From: Octopus bimaculoides
Lineage: Eukaryota
Reading direction: 5' to 3'
Assembly (NCBI RefSeq): GCF_001194135.2
Contig: NC_069000.1
Span: forward strand, 18,512,661-18,576,660
Length of the DNA stretch: 64,000 bases
Position numbers and translations under genes: made by a program. Numbering within the stretch: the first letter of the stretch is position 1; each line of letters begins with the position of its first letter. Of the stretch, positions 1 to 13,215 are shown in pieces. The notes under the pieces are model-generated. The model was not told the origin of the DNA, did no database searches, and saw only the letters and a list, made by a program, of their open reading frames with translations.

Positions 1-865
1 CAATTGTACAATATATTTTCATACAAAGAATTCTCTGTTTTGGAGTGAAGTCTCTATTCTGAAGATAACTTCTTTGCCTCACCTCCCAACTGGTCTTGTA
101 ATCCCTTAAAAGAGCCATGGATGTTGACCCTTTTCCACTTAAGTGATAAAGAAAAAAAGAAAGCTTCTACCAAAGTTATGCGATGTGCCAGTTGGAATGT
201 GATCCTTAGGTAGGTGGAGACATGGTTTATCAGAAACAGCAGACCCCTGGGTCACATCTGGTTTAGCCAACAACCTACATACCACAATTCTGCTAGAGCT
301 TCAAAACAACAATGACTACTGCCAAGTCCTCTTCAAAGAAATCTCAGACCGTATGCTCCAAGTTCTCCTTTGTGGAACTACAAAGACCAGCATAAAATCC
401 TGATGTTCTACTGACAGAGCTATGCAGGAGCTATGAGAGAGTCTCTCTGTGGCCTTCTCAAACTGCTGGAAATAGTATCTAAATCTCAACTTAAATTACA
501 TCTTTCAGTTTAAAAAATAATTAAACAACTTGGACAGCATACTTATAAACATACAAAGATATAAGGTGGTCATGGTTAGAAAACAGCTTCTTGTTCAGGG
601 CAGGCTAAGACTAAATAACAAAAACAGTAAAGCCAGCTGTTAGTCAGTGTTATGTCAAGTTAATGACAACAGATAAAGTTTTATCCATGCACAAAAAGTA
701 AAATAATGGCTCAGGTGTTCATCTAATTAACAAGTCACCTAATAATTTACAATTCCTGTGACATCTGCAATTGTAAGCTACAAACGAACTGAGTTGACAA
801 TAACAGAAGTGATTGTTGGTCATAAATATTTTACTTCCCTAAATGTCAATGCTGCAAAATCTTCC

Positions 866-1775
866 CTTCACCACATCATACCACATCACATTTTGATGTA
901 ACTTAAGGGAGATGTAGCTGCAGTTTCCACCAGATCTAAATGTTTACTATATAATTGCTGTGTTTATAGGCGGTTGATATATTTCATATTTGGCAGGTAT
1001 GTTTAATGATTTATTAGATATATTTTATATCTGCTAGGTTTGTTTGCAGCTGTTAGATATGGTTTCTCAAATCATACCAACTGATAAGGACTGGCTTCCA
1101 ACTTTCATGGTATATATATTTCCCACCTGGATGGGATGTCAGTCCCTTGCAGGATTACTCATCTTTGTCAGCTGAGTGGACTGGAGCTACATGAAATGAA
1201 GTGTTTTGCTCAAGGACACATGTCACCTGGTCCAGGAATCGAAACCACAATCTTGTGATCATGAGTCCAATACCTTAACCACTAAGCCATGCACCTCCAC
1301 AGATATGTTTTATATCTGAAAGATCCTCATCATCATCCTTTAACGTCCGTTTTCCATGCTAGCATGGGTTGGAAGGTTCATGAGGATGATCTATCAGATA
1401 CAGAATGTATCTAACAGCTACAAACAAACCTAGCAGATATAAAACATATCTAATAAATTATTAAACATACCTACTAGATATGAAATATACCAACCACCTA
1501 TAAACACAGCTTTTATATAGTAAACATTCAGATATGCTGAAAACAGCAACTACATCTCCCTTAAATTGCATCAACATGTGATGGGGAGTGGTGTGGTGAA
1601 GGCAAAGGGAGATGTAGTTGTTGTTTCTAGCATATCTAAATGTTTACAATATAATTGTTGTGTTTATAGGTGGTAGATATATTTCATATTTGGTATGTAT
1701 GTTTAATAATTTATTAGATATGCTTTTATATTGGCTAGGCTTGTTTCTAGCTGTTAAATATGTTTCATATCCAGT
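866..1775. repeat. Three copies of a ~155-bp unit: direct (904-1060), inverted (1408-1563), direct (1606-1775)
   Basis: Shared agggagatgtag..ctaaatgtttac..tgtgtttatagg..atttattagatat..gctgttagata; about 85% identity by eye. Confidence 0.85.
1085..1300 (-). mobile_element. tRNA-derived SINE, family C (CORE-like TCCTTGAGCAA domain)
   Basis: Minus strand GGTGCATGGCTTAGTGGTTAAGG..GGTTTCGATTCCTGG head followed by tgtgtccttgagcaaaacacttcatttc. Confidence 0.75.
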
Positions 1776-1959
1776 AGATATGTTTAATATTTGGTGGTTA
1801 TGTTTTGTATCTTGTAGTTGTGTCTTTATACTTCATGGGTTATAGTAGAAGACACTTGTCCAAGGTACCATGTATTGGGACTGAACCAGAACCACATGGT
1901 TGGGAAGCAAGCTTCTTACCACACTGCCATGCCTACACCTATCATTGTAGGCATATTTT

Positions 1960-2420
1960 ACATCTTGTAGGGATATTTAGTATGGAGCAGATACATTTCA
2001 TACCTAGCATGTATATTTTGTATCTCATACATGTATTTTATAATTGGTAAATGTGTCTCACATCTGGCATACATATTTTATATCTGCTACATGTATTTTA
2101 TACTTGGTACATGTTTCATATCTAGCATATATATTTTATAACTGTTACATGTATTTTGTACTTGGTACATGTTTCATATCTGGTAGATGTTTAATGTGGT
2201 AGACTTACTTTATATCCAGCTGTCTGTTTCATATCAAGTATGTAGGTAAGTTTTATATCTAGCACATATTTTATACCTGATAGGAGTATTTTAAATGGGA
2301 CACACATTTCATATCTGGTCACTGGTTAGACTTACTTTATATCCAGTATAACTATTTCATATCATGTAAATAGATTTAATATGTGCAGTAGGTGTGTTTA
2401 CATCTGATAGGCAAGTGTCA
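1960..2420. repeat. Degenerate minisatellite (~57-bp unit built of ~19-bp subunits)
   Basis: Recurrent catatattttatatctgctacatgtattttatacttggtacatgtttcatatct. Confidence 0.7.
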
Positions 2421-3101
2421 ATAGGTTTGTTAATATATTTACAGTTTGGATGTTCAAATTTAGCTAGATGTAGCAAATAAGTCAGAATTTCTTTAATTTT
2501 CCCACCATTTTTTCTCATTCTCATCTCATTATTTATTCCCTTTCTCAACGATCTTTTCCTGAATGCATTTCATTATTATCTCTCCTTCCCCCACGTCTCT
2601 TCCCATCACAGTTACCTTCTGCTCACCACCACTTTCCATCTCATAGCTCAAACACATAACTTCAGTATGGCTCAGTTCAGTAAGCTATTTAAAGCAAGTT
2701 ATTAGCATGCAAGTAGCTACACCTCATCGCTACAAGTATTTGGACAACTGTGAAGTCGATGAGTGTTTGCTTAATTTGTAGTACAATGTTCGAGTTCTCC
2801 TATGGATATAGCTTGGAGAAGAATGGGAAGTGCCATTAAGATTTACCGTAGATAACCTGCAGGAAAGATGAATTCAGTCTTCAGCCCTAACCTTTATATC
2901 TTTATGGCTTAAGGCATTCACTGTGTAGTGAGCATGAAAGGTGTTGTCCACTCTTATATGAAGGTGTTGTTGTTAAACTATAATAAAACCGTCATATACC
3001 GTTTTGTTATGGTTTAACTCTGATCCAGTAGAGAAACCAATGAGATTCTTAACTTCTGCTATTTTTCATGCAGATGGCGTCTCTGGGTAAGTTCTCTAGT
3101 C

Positions 3102-3599
3102 CAGTGGTTCCCAAACTTTTTAGAGACGCGACCCACTATTTATCACACCAGTTTATGGCGACCCACTTAACTCTACTGGGTTAGGGTTATATCAAATGTG
3201 AAACAGAACGTTTTATAACTGTTTCAACGTCTCCATACCCTATGGGCAGGTATTAACTCTAATACAAAACCTCGAAGCAGTAACTGTTATCGGCTCGATC
3301 AGTGTTGTACTGCGCCTAGTTAAAGTTCTCTATAAATAGGTAAAAACAGACTTTTCCTTTTTACGATTACGTACGAATAAATAACTTGAGAAAATGACCA
3401 CCTCTGATTTGTTAAGTTCGTGAAAAAAGCCTACTGCTTGATAAAACAACCAGTCTGGTATTGAAAACATGAGTCTTGAACTATCTCGATAGACAGCAGT
3501 TAATCAAAGCTAATGCGTAATTTTATAACTTTTTGCGACCCACTAGGATTCCGTTCGCGACCCATCAGTGGGTCGAGACTCATAGTTTGGGAATCACTG
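3102..3599. mobile_element. Complete non-autonomous hAT MITE (498 bp)
   Basis: TIRs CAGTGGTTCCCAAACT / AGTTTGGGAATCACTG (15/16); perfect 8-bp TSD CTCTAGTC at 3094-3101 and 3600-3607; subterminal GCGACCCA repeats. Confidence 0.93.
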
Positions 3600-3857
3600 C
3601 TCTAGTCATTTGTTAATCTTAGATCACTATTTATGTACATTGCTCTACGTCAGTGTATTGAATCTGCTATCACTAATTTAGCAAATATACAAGAAACGTG
3701 CCACAAGTTGTCACTCGACTCACCAAAATGATTTTAAAATATTAGACATTACATAAATAAGTATATGTTTTACATACTGTATTAAACATGATGGTAAAAA
3801 CGTCGTGACTTTTCTTTGCAGGTAGTATGAGAGGAGAGGGTGAGTGAGTAGAAGTGT

Positions 3858-3908
<51 letters not shown>

Positions 3909-3929
3909 ATCTCTGGTAGCACCAGAGCA

Positions 3930-4250
3930 GAGCAAACCTGGGCAATATCTGGACTTCCAGCAGCCTGAAGGCAAGGTGAGGCAGCACTTTCAATACCTCA
4001 AATTCCTCGAGTTTGCGCTTAGTTACATTGGCAGTGCATGCTGGGAAATTGTCATACCGTAGGCGTGAGTGTCTTCGATTGACCAATGCCAAGTAGCGGC
4101 CTTTCAAAACATAATATACTCGCTACAGTTGCAGAACATAAAGGTTAGCGTTCACCACATGACCATGAGGACGAGTTTTCTCCACACTTCTCCGTGCAAA
4201 AACTTTCTAACATCTCATATTCTTTCATTTTTTGTTAATAAAGTTGTTAT
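3930..4250 (-). mobile_element. Degraded mariner transposase fragment
   Basis: YDNFPACTANVTKRKLEEFEVLKVLPH then SPDIA resembles the mariner HDNARPH..LPHPPYSPDLAP region. Confidence 0.7.
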
Positions 4251-4599
4251 AATGTACATTGACCTCTTTACCCATTTGCTTTGGCCTTTATTACGAATAA
4301 GGGTTCGGGGTGAGGTGGGGGGATAAATGACTCTATCCCGCCGCGAGAGCTAGTTTATGCTTCAATCTGACCTGCGAAACCGAACTTGTTTGACATCGAA
4401 GTCCAAGAGTTAAATATTTTACATGCGTGACTCTGCAGAAAGTTAGGCAGCAACTGGTAAATGACTAGTTGAACTATGAATAGTGGGGTCAAGAAAGATC
4501 AAGCTGGTTGGTCAAAAGAAACAAAAATTCTGTTTCTTTAGTGAAACATTTCCGAACAAGACAAATATCATAGGAGACGATGCTGTGACCCATGCTTAA

Positions 4600-6400
4600 A
4601 AATGCTGAATGAAGTTTATAGTTTTAGGATTCAAATTGATTCACCGATATTCAGAAAAAGTTTGTTTCTTGCATGACACCAAAGAAGAAATAGCTCAAGA
4701 AATATCTATTGTAAATTAGAATCTTTTGTATTAATCGTGGATAAAACATACATTCCGAAAAGTGAACGACTCTCATTTGGTCTGTGCTATGTTTTTGACA
4801 ATGATAGCTGTGAAGAATTTATTGAATATTGAGTTGCTTGATGCTGAATTGCTTCTGTAGTGCACATCATCAAGGCTGAACTGTTTTGGCATTAATGTCT
4901 AGATGTGTTTCGCCAAATGCTATGATGGTGCTTCAAACTTGATCAGTAAAATTGCTTCGTCCTATTAGCAGTCTGTGTCAAATATCGCATCCATCGACTC
5001 GACATAGTAACAGTTGATTATATAGAATACGTAATGGCTGCAGGAGAAATTTTTGTCATACTGTAGCAACCCTGCCTGTTCATGGTTCGGTCAACAGCGC
5101 ACCAGTACTTTAAGCAGCTATAAGGAGAAAAGGGGGAACACTTCGTAGAACTGAAAAAACTTGTCCAGTACCCAATGGATGTCAGCACATACCGTGTTAT
5201 GCTATGCATTGTACGTTTCCATTTATCTTGGACACTATCGCATATCAGTGAAGACACCAGGTCACTGGAAAAATAAACTAAGGGCAAGTCGCTTTTGTCC
5301 TTTTTGTCTGTAAGCAATTGTATCCTTCTCGTCCATTTTGAATAAGTTCTCCTTTGAATCAAGCCTCTGGCAAGGATGCATCAATATTCACAGTTTATGA
5401 ATGCAGCAAATGAATTGATATCCGGTTGCGTCGAGGATCTTGGTGTCGAGTGAAACAAGCTGGACAATGAAGATATGTGGCATACTATCAAACAACAGGC
5501 TCTGAACATGTTATGGCTACCAAGTTTGGTAGCCTTAACATGTCTGGTACTTGGTACATAAAACACAAACCATAGACGGACTCGATCATGTCAAACAACT
5601 TGGCATGGAGTACCGACAAGTTTATGACATCCCACTTTGAAGGTTACATTCGTGCAATCCAAGAACAAGAGATCCCCACCAAGTACAGACAACAAATGTA
5701 GGCTGTGTAAGACAAGTACATCAACCGCATAATTGCCAACTGCGAGAGAATGTCTTCCAGATATTATCTTCCCATCATTATTAGTCACAAATTCACAACA
5801 GAGGCATCTCGTCTGAACTGGGACAATCTAAAAGCTAAGTTCCACAGTGTAAAGCGTCTCAATGAGCGGAAGTCATGAATTTTGAACTTACTGATCAAAT
5901 GACTTAAGTGCTTTTTCTTCTTACATCACTACAGGGTTACTTTCCTTGACGTTTTCAAGATGCTAAACATTGCTGTAATGCTGCTTGTAAGCAGTGTGGT
6001 CTGTAAACGCAAATTTTCCAAGCTGCTTATGGTCAAAATTACATGGCGGGCAATATCTGCAAAATCACGTGGCGGACAAGATATTAATTTCAAGATTTAG
6101 CACAAGACCAGCATTGTGGGGTGAGTTGGTAAGTCGATTACATCTACCCCAGTGTTTAATTGGTACTTATTTTATGGAATCCGAAAGGATGAAAGGCTAA
6201 GTCGACCTCGGCGGAATTTGAGCGCAGAACATGAAGACAGATGCAATGCCGCTAAGCATTTTGCCCGGCGTGCTAACGATTCTGCCAGTTCGCTGCCTTA
6301 GGACGGACAATATATTGGATAATTTAGATGCAACAGCCATAAATGGACGATATGCCGAAAACATGAAAATATCGTCCTTCGTTTCGCGGTAAATTACTCT
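4600..6400 (+). pseudogene. Degraded hAT (ZMYM1/Tip100-like) transposase relic, interrupted by a SINE
   Basis: CYDGASNL at 4918-4941; C-terminal dimerisation-like FKMLNIAVMLLVSSVVCKRKFSKLLMVK at about 5954-6040; many stops and frameshifts; boundaries approximate. Confidence 0.7.
6086..6303 (-). mobile_element. tRNA-derived SINE, family B (GCCTTTCATCCTTTCGGGGTCGATAAA-type conserved domain)
   Basis: Box A/B-like head on minus; flanked by a 13-bp TSD cggacaagatatt / cggacaatatatt (12/13). Other copies near 20627-20778(+), 44861-45097, 48200-48412, 55290-55500, 56775-56980, 59520-59630. Confidence 0.85.
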
Positions 6401-6624
6401 AACAGGAGAAGTGTCGTTTTGTAGTTTATGTTACATTAACTTATGATAGACGTTATCAGGTTACCTGTCGAATTGCATTGAGAAGTGACTTTGAATTTGA
6501 TCCATTATATAAAAGCTCATATTATTAATTGTATACAACTTTGCCCGTGCTCGAAATTTTCTGCCCGAAACTTACCTGGGCTGCTACAAAATACTAGTGC
6601 TGTGTCTGCCAGGCTACAGATTCA

Positions 6625-6810
6625 CATTTTGTACCTATTATCACTGACGCACGGAGTCATATAACAACTACGTAAAATTTGCATAAAACGTCTAAAGATG
6701 CTTGAGTTTTCCAAGAAAGAGCAAATCAAACTGACTTGTATCTGTCGAATCCAATCGATTAATGGTATAATGAAGATCTGTAAAACATTCCAAAGATTCC
6801 TGAAGTGAAT
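6625..6810 (+). mobile_element. 3' end of an RLE-type (R4/Dong-like) non-LTR retrotransposon, degraded
   Basis: FVPII...LEFSKKEQIKL..RIQSINGIMKICKTFQRF resembles the C-terminus of restriction-like endonuclease LINEs (from memory of the family). Confidence 0.5.
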
Positions 6811-7394
6811 GTAACTTTCCTGGAATGAACGAAGATGAGCAGTCACGTATGGCATAAAAAGTAATCACACCCATTTGTTTAATAAGGAGACATGTATACC
6901 CATTATCTAAGAGCAACTTTATCCACACATTCATTTCTGCATACATCAATTTGTGTAGTCACGATTCTGTAAAACTGCCTTGTTATACAAACATACATAC
7001 ATACATACATACATACATACATACATACATACATACATCACGTCACATTTAGGTTAAGCTTTTGCAACCCAAGAGCGGAAGCTAACTACAATATACCCAA
7101 CGAACAAAAAAGGTCGTGAAGCCCTTAATCCGTTTACATTCCAACAGACATGGTAATTATATAATATTTCTGTGGAAGATATTATATATGTGATCACTAG
7201 GTACCCCCAAACGCCATAAAGTTATTACTTTCTAATGCGGCTAAAACATGATACAATGCCATCCATAGGAAGGAATTGCCCCGAGATAAATATAGAAAAC
7301 GCTTCTATTTTTGAAGACATGTACCAATATAACGGATATTGGTGGAATAATTTCATCAAAACATTAACTAAGTGCTGGTTTCAGAGAGTTGTTT

Positions 7395-8088
7395 AGAATT
7401 GAGAAGAAAGATTATGCTGTCATAGAGGTTAACTACCCTGCAGGTATGAACATTTCGTTCAAAATCGTTAGGAAAGAAAATATTTACGGACGAATAAATT
7501 ACAGTTTTTCTATCTGATTTGAACAAAGAGACTTTCAATGAGATAAAAGAAGTTTATGGTGACGATGCACCATCATATGACGTAGTCAAGCACGGGCATT
7601 GCTAGTTTGAATGTGGTCTGACATCGGTGGAAACTGCTCCTATTTCTGGACGACCACATTCCGTCAATGATAACGACAACATTCTTAAAGTGGAAGCCGC
7701 CAGTTTGGAGGATCGCCGCATAACTATTCGGCAACTAGCCCGAAAAGTAAAGATAAGTGTAGGGTCCATGGAAAAAATCATTCCCGACCATTTGCACATG
7801 CGGAAGTTGTCTGCCCGATGGACTCCCCGGATGCTCACACCTTTTCAGAAGCAGGAACGAGTCAATTGCTCCCAGGATCTTTCGGCAATGTGCCAATAAA
7901 ACGAGGAGGCATTTTCTGCAGACTTATAACACAGGATGAAACATGGGTCCATCATTATGATCCTGAGACTAAAGCCCAGTCGAAGCAATGGAAGCATGAT
8001 AACTCACCACCTCCAAAGAAAGCTCATGTCCAATCCTCAGCAGGCAAGGTGATGCTGTCTTTTGGGACCAGTGCATAGTAGATGATGG
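7395..8088 (+). mobile_element. Mariner transposase pseudogene (Hsmar2/irritans-like), runs into an N gap
   Basis: EVYGDDAPSYDVVK..ETAPISGRP..EDRRITIRQLA..SARWTPRML..LITQDETWVHHYDPETKAQSKQW..SAGKVM; frameshifted. Confidence 0.9.
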
Positions 8089-9099
8089 NNNNNNNNNNNN
8101 NNNNNNNNNNNNNNNNNNNNNNNNNNNNNNNNNNNNNNNNNNNNNNNNNNNNNNNNNNNNNNNNNNNNNNNNNNNNNNNNNNNNNNNNNNNNNNNNNNNN
8201 NNNNNNNNNNNNNNNNNNNNNNNNNNNNNNNNNNNNNNNNNNNNNNNNNNNNNNNNNNNNNNNNNNNNNNNNNNNNNNNNNNNNNNNNNNNNNNNNNNNN
8301 NNNNNNNNNNNNNNNNNNNNNNNNNNNNNNNNNNNNNNNNNNNNNNNNNNNNNNNNNNNNNNNNNNNNNNNNNNNNNNNNNNNNNNNNNNNNNNNNNNNN
8401 NNNNNNNNNNNNNNNNNNNNNNNNNNNNNNNNNNNNNNNNNNNNNNNNNNNNNNNNNNNNNNNNNNNNNNNNNNNNNNNNNNNNNNNNNNNNNNNNNNNN
8501 NNNNNNNNNNNNNNNNNNNNNNNNNNNNNNNNNNNNNNNNNNNNNNNNNNNNNNNNNNNNNNNNNNNNNNNNNNNNNNNNNNNNNNNNNNNNNNNNNNNN
8601 NNNNNNNNNNNNNNNNNNNNNNNNNNNNNNNNNNNNNNNNNNNNNNNNNNNNACCTTACATGGGTGAAGACCTTCTTTAGCCTGCGTTGCTGGTGTTTCT
8701 CCTTTCCCTACTCACTGTCTTCGGCGGTTCACATTTTTATAGAGAACCCAGTTCTTGTCACCAGTCATTATTCAGTCTTCTGTATCAATCATATAAAATA
8801 TACCCTACGCGCACCTCGGAATTCCGGACGTAGATCCAGCGACGAACGCGCAATAACGCCGATGACGCCTGGTAGCAATAGTCATAAGTGGTGAACATGC
8901 TCCACAGACACACTACCTGGGACTTACCTTGAAACAAGGTTTGGATACTGCATTTAATGCCTCCTTTCTAAACCTCAGTTCTTGAATTCGAAATTTAATT
9001 TACGTGTTTATGTACATGTGTATGCATACATGTATGTGTGTCGCTTCTATTTTTTAATTATTACAAATCTTCCTCTGGAGAGGGAGCCGGTTTCTAAAT

Positions 9100-10438
9100 T
9101 TTCCTCTCTTTCATTTTCTACGATGCTCTTCCATCTTTCTGGTAGACTTGCAAGGCCCCTCTTCCAAAATTCACTTGTCCGTGACGAAAAATACTCCTCC
9201 AGTACTGTTCTGACCTCGTCTACAGAATTCATATTTTTTCCATCCAAATCATTTTGAAGACTGGAATAAATGATAATCAGATGGGGCAATGTCCGGCGAA
9301 TATGATGGTTGGGGCATCATTTTCCATTCAAACTGCTGCAGTCTTTGGAATGTCATCCTCGTTGTATGTGGCCGAGCATTATCTTGAAGGAAGAACACCT
9401 TTCGTCTTGAAACCAAAGATAGTCGTATTCCTTCTAACGCTAACTCAAGTCGCTCAAGCTGCTTGCAGTAGATCTCCTTTGTTATTGTTTGGTTTGGGTT
9501 TAAAAGTTCGAAGTGGACTAAAACTTTCATATCCCACAAAACAGATAACAACACCTTACATGGGTGAAGACCTTCTTTAGCCTGCGTTGCTGGTGTTTCT
9601 CCTTTCCCTACTCACTGTCTTCGGCGGTTCACATTTTTATAGAGAACCCAGTTCTTGTCACCAGTCATTATTCAGTCCAAAAAAGGTTCATTCGTGAGAC
9701 GTGACACCAAAGAACTTATATTCACTCTCTGCGGGCGATTAGACTTGGAAAGTTTGTGAGGAACCCTTTGACCCAATTTGCTGACTTTTCCGATGGCACA
9801 CGGGTGTCGATAAATGGTTAAACGACCAAATTCAATCTTTTTTGCTTGTTCCTCAACAGTTATGATGGGAATTTTGATTCACCAATGTTTGCAGGACGAC
9901 CTCGTNNNNNNNNNNNNNNNNNNNNNNNNNNNNNNNNNNNNNNNNNNNNNNNNNNNNNNNNNNNNNNNNNNNNNNNNNNNNNNNNNNNNNNNNNNNNNNN
10001 NNNNNNNNNNNNNNNNNNNNNNNNNNNNNNNNNNNNNNNCCTCGTCGAGCTCTACAAATCTTCCAGGACGAGTCTCGCCTTCTAGGCTGTAGTTTCCGGC
10101 TCGGAATTTCTGGAACCACCGTTGACTATCGCTTACGCTTATCGTCCGATCTTCATATACTGCATTAATATTCCTCGCATTTTCCGTTGCGCTTTTGCCT
10201 TTATTGAACTCATAAAGCAAAATATGCCGAATATGCTCCTTTGTCACTTCCATTATAGCTTTGAAAAATAACTGTTGAAATAGAACTGCACTTTTCAAAT
10301 CTTGCACTAGGAATAAGTACAAGGTAAAATTACTTCCTGCTTTTATAGCAAGTTGATGCAGGTAGTTTATCCCATCCCCCCTCCGACTTTTAGTTCGTGC
10401 AATTGAAAAAACCGCATTATTTACGGGATGACCCAATA
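9100..10438 (-). mobile_element. Mariner element (cecropia/Hsmar1-like), near full-length pseudogene
   Basis: 5' TIR TATTGGGTCATCCCGTAAATAATGCGGTTTT with TA at 10437-10438; MEVTKEHIRHILLYEF.., MTGDKNW, QDNARPH, YSPDIAPSDYHLF; 3' TIR not seen. Confidence 0.92.
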
Positions 10439-11989
10439 TAATTGTACTATATAATGCTGTGCATACGTATTGATGTAAATATGTACGTATATTTTTGTAT
10501 ACCGAAATTAATAATACGACATGATGAAAGTTACAAAACGGCTGTAATCATATGAGAGTCACACACACACACACCGCGTGCATGCATACATTCATAAATA
10601 TTTAGAGAGAAAGAGAGCGGAAGGAAGGAATATATTTTAGAAAATGCATTTGTTTGGCAAATAACTTGATCTGAATGACCTTGTTGAATCTGAAACAGTT
10701 ACACCGCCGATGAATCATTTTAGAAATTTAAGAACATAAAAAATGCCGCATCCGCTTTAACTTTATACTAACCGCTCAACTAACCGTCAAGCCTGTGTCC
10801 AAGGGTCGTTTACCGAGAATCGTCAGTTCTGTTTGGATCATCTGATATTTCTTTGGGATATGTGATGGGGACCTAATCCTTTTTCACGATGACTGGCTGA
10901 TATCACACCTTCCGTACCTTACTTTGTCTAACAGTGTGTCACATACCACACTGTTACGTTTTCAAATCCATTGATATGGTTGGTTCTTCTGCACTCTCAG
11001 CCGTAATCCTGGTTTCATGTATTAAGTATAGACATTTCTACCCTCAAGCATAGCCCTTGGGTTCACTCACATAGTTTAGCTGGTCAATGGAAACCAGAAA
11101 CCAGGATGTGGTTACTGTCGTACATTGCAGCTATTTGTGAGCTAGATGCAGGAGCGGGAGCTAAACAGGGTTTTGGCCAATCCTCAAAGGGAAGCGACTG
11201 CCTGTCATCGTACGATACTATCTCTCCTATTGCATCCTATTCTGTCTACTATTAACCGTCAAAAACTTTTGGCGCATCTGGTCACTGACACAATACATTG
11301 CAGTGACATTAAGCCAGATATCAGGCCAGGCCACAGATAATAATAGATAGTATTATTAAGCAATAAATGAAAAGTGAATACAAGAACTTTTGTGTTCTCT
11401 CAAATGGCAGGTTGTGTAGTTGTTAAGTTCTCTTGACAACCACGTGCTTATATGCCTGCGCCTTTAGTCGTACTTCGTGGCACTTTGGGCAAGTCTCTTC
11501 TATTGCCACTGGCTGACCATACCGTGTGAGTGAATTTGGTAGATGGCAATTGAGTGGATTTCCGTTGCATGTGTGTGTGTGTGTGTGCGTGTGAATGCCT
11601 GCGTTTGGCTGCACACTACTTGATAACCTGTGTCGGTTTGTTTATGTCCCCGTAACTTAGTGATTTAGCTAAAGACACCAACAGAATATGTATCAGGCTT
11701 AGAAAAAAATTAGTCGTGGGGTTGATCTGTTCGACTAAACCCTTCAGGGCGGTGTCCCAGTGTGGCCGTAGTCTAATGACTGAAACAAGTAGAAGACCAC
11801 ACACACATATGCATGTATATAATCATCAAAGATTTAACGTCCGTTTTCCATGCTGGCATGGGTTGGACGGTTTGACAGAAACCGGTAAGCTGCACCAGGT
11901 TCCAATCTGATTTGGCATGGTTTCTACGGCTGGATGCCGTACACATGGCTGTTTGTGTCATGCATATGCATTATACATTTATCTATCTA

Positions 11990-12081
11990 TCCGTCTCTGT
12001 ATGTGTGTGGGTGTATGCAGACATACATAACTAGCTAAATAGCTAGAGAGAGAGAGAGAGAGAGAGGAGGAGGAGGAGGAG

Positions 12082-12136
<55 letters not shown>

Positions 12137-13111
12137 TTATATATATATAAATGTGTGTCAGAAACCAACCACAATAGAAATCTAACTCCAGTATTCGAAG
12201 CAGCAGAAACTAAAACAAACTAGTCATCATCGTGACGCAGAGAACGACGTGGTTGTCTTTCTGAAATCAATACGACGCCTCTCTCTCTCTCTACCTTTTG
12301 ATACTTTTTTTTCAAATTCTCTCACTTTATTTTTTAAAGGCATGAACTTAGATGTTATTATAATGTTATGAATTTAATATTGATATGAAATGATTAATAA
12401 AAATATTATTAATCAAAGCAGTTGTTGGAAATGAGAGGGGGAGAGAGAGAGAGAGAGAGTGGAGGAGGAGAGAAAGAGTAAAATGAAGGGAGAAAGAGGA
12501 AGGAGAAATAGAGAGAATAATGTTTGTGAAATGCTTGAAGATAAATTTATAGATAGACGGAATGGTGGTGTGTGAGTGCATTATATATATATAGACACAC
12601 ACATATATATATATATATGCACACACACACATACACGCAGAGGTAGATACACAGGAATACGTTTTGAGAAAAGGTGCAAAGGGAACGATGTATAAAGAGG
12701 AATGTAAAGTAAAAGATATAAGATATATATGTATGTATATGTGTATGCATGTGTATGTGTATGTGTGTACACACACATACACACACACACACACATACAG
12801 TGTACGTGTGGAAGAAAGAAGAGAGTCGTGGAAAGAGTTTAAAAGCGACAATAAAAAATGCATAGAGGTTGCAAAGGGAGAGAAGCCTGCAATAAGAGTA
12901 GATAGAGAGAGAGAGAGAGAAATAAAGAGAGAAAAACAGAGAAAAAGGGAAAGAGATAGAGTGAGAAAAAGAAAGAGAGAGATAGAGAGAGAGAAATAGA
13001 GAGAGAGGTAGACAGAGAGATAGAAAAGAGTATAACGAGTAAATAACAAATAAATAGATAATAAAGAGGAAAGAGAAATATAGTGTGAATGACAAGTGAT
13101 AACACCCAAAT

Positions 13112-13150
<39 letters not shown>

Positions 13151-13165
13151 CTTGCATATAAGATA

Positions 13166-13215
<50 letters not shown>

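Noticed and set aside
150-480. Moderately GC-balanced stretch with short open frames
   Set aside because: No recognisable motif or clean splice pair; left unassigned.
8653-8777. 125-bp exact copy of 9553-9677 (mariner piece)
   Set aside because: Starts exactly at a gap edge; probably an assembly artefact. Likewise cctcgt on both sides of the 9906-10039 gap suggests a false gap.
10929-10956. 10-bp hairpin taacagtgtg/cacactgtta, and similar small hairpins at about 11282 and 22596
   Set aside because: Compatible with chance in 64 kb of AT-rich DNA; no ncRNA family features.
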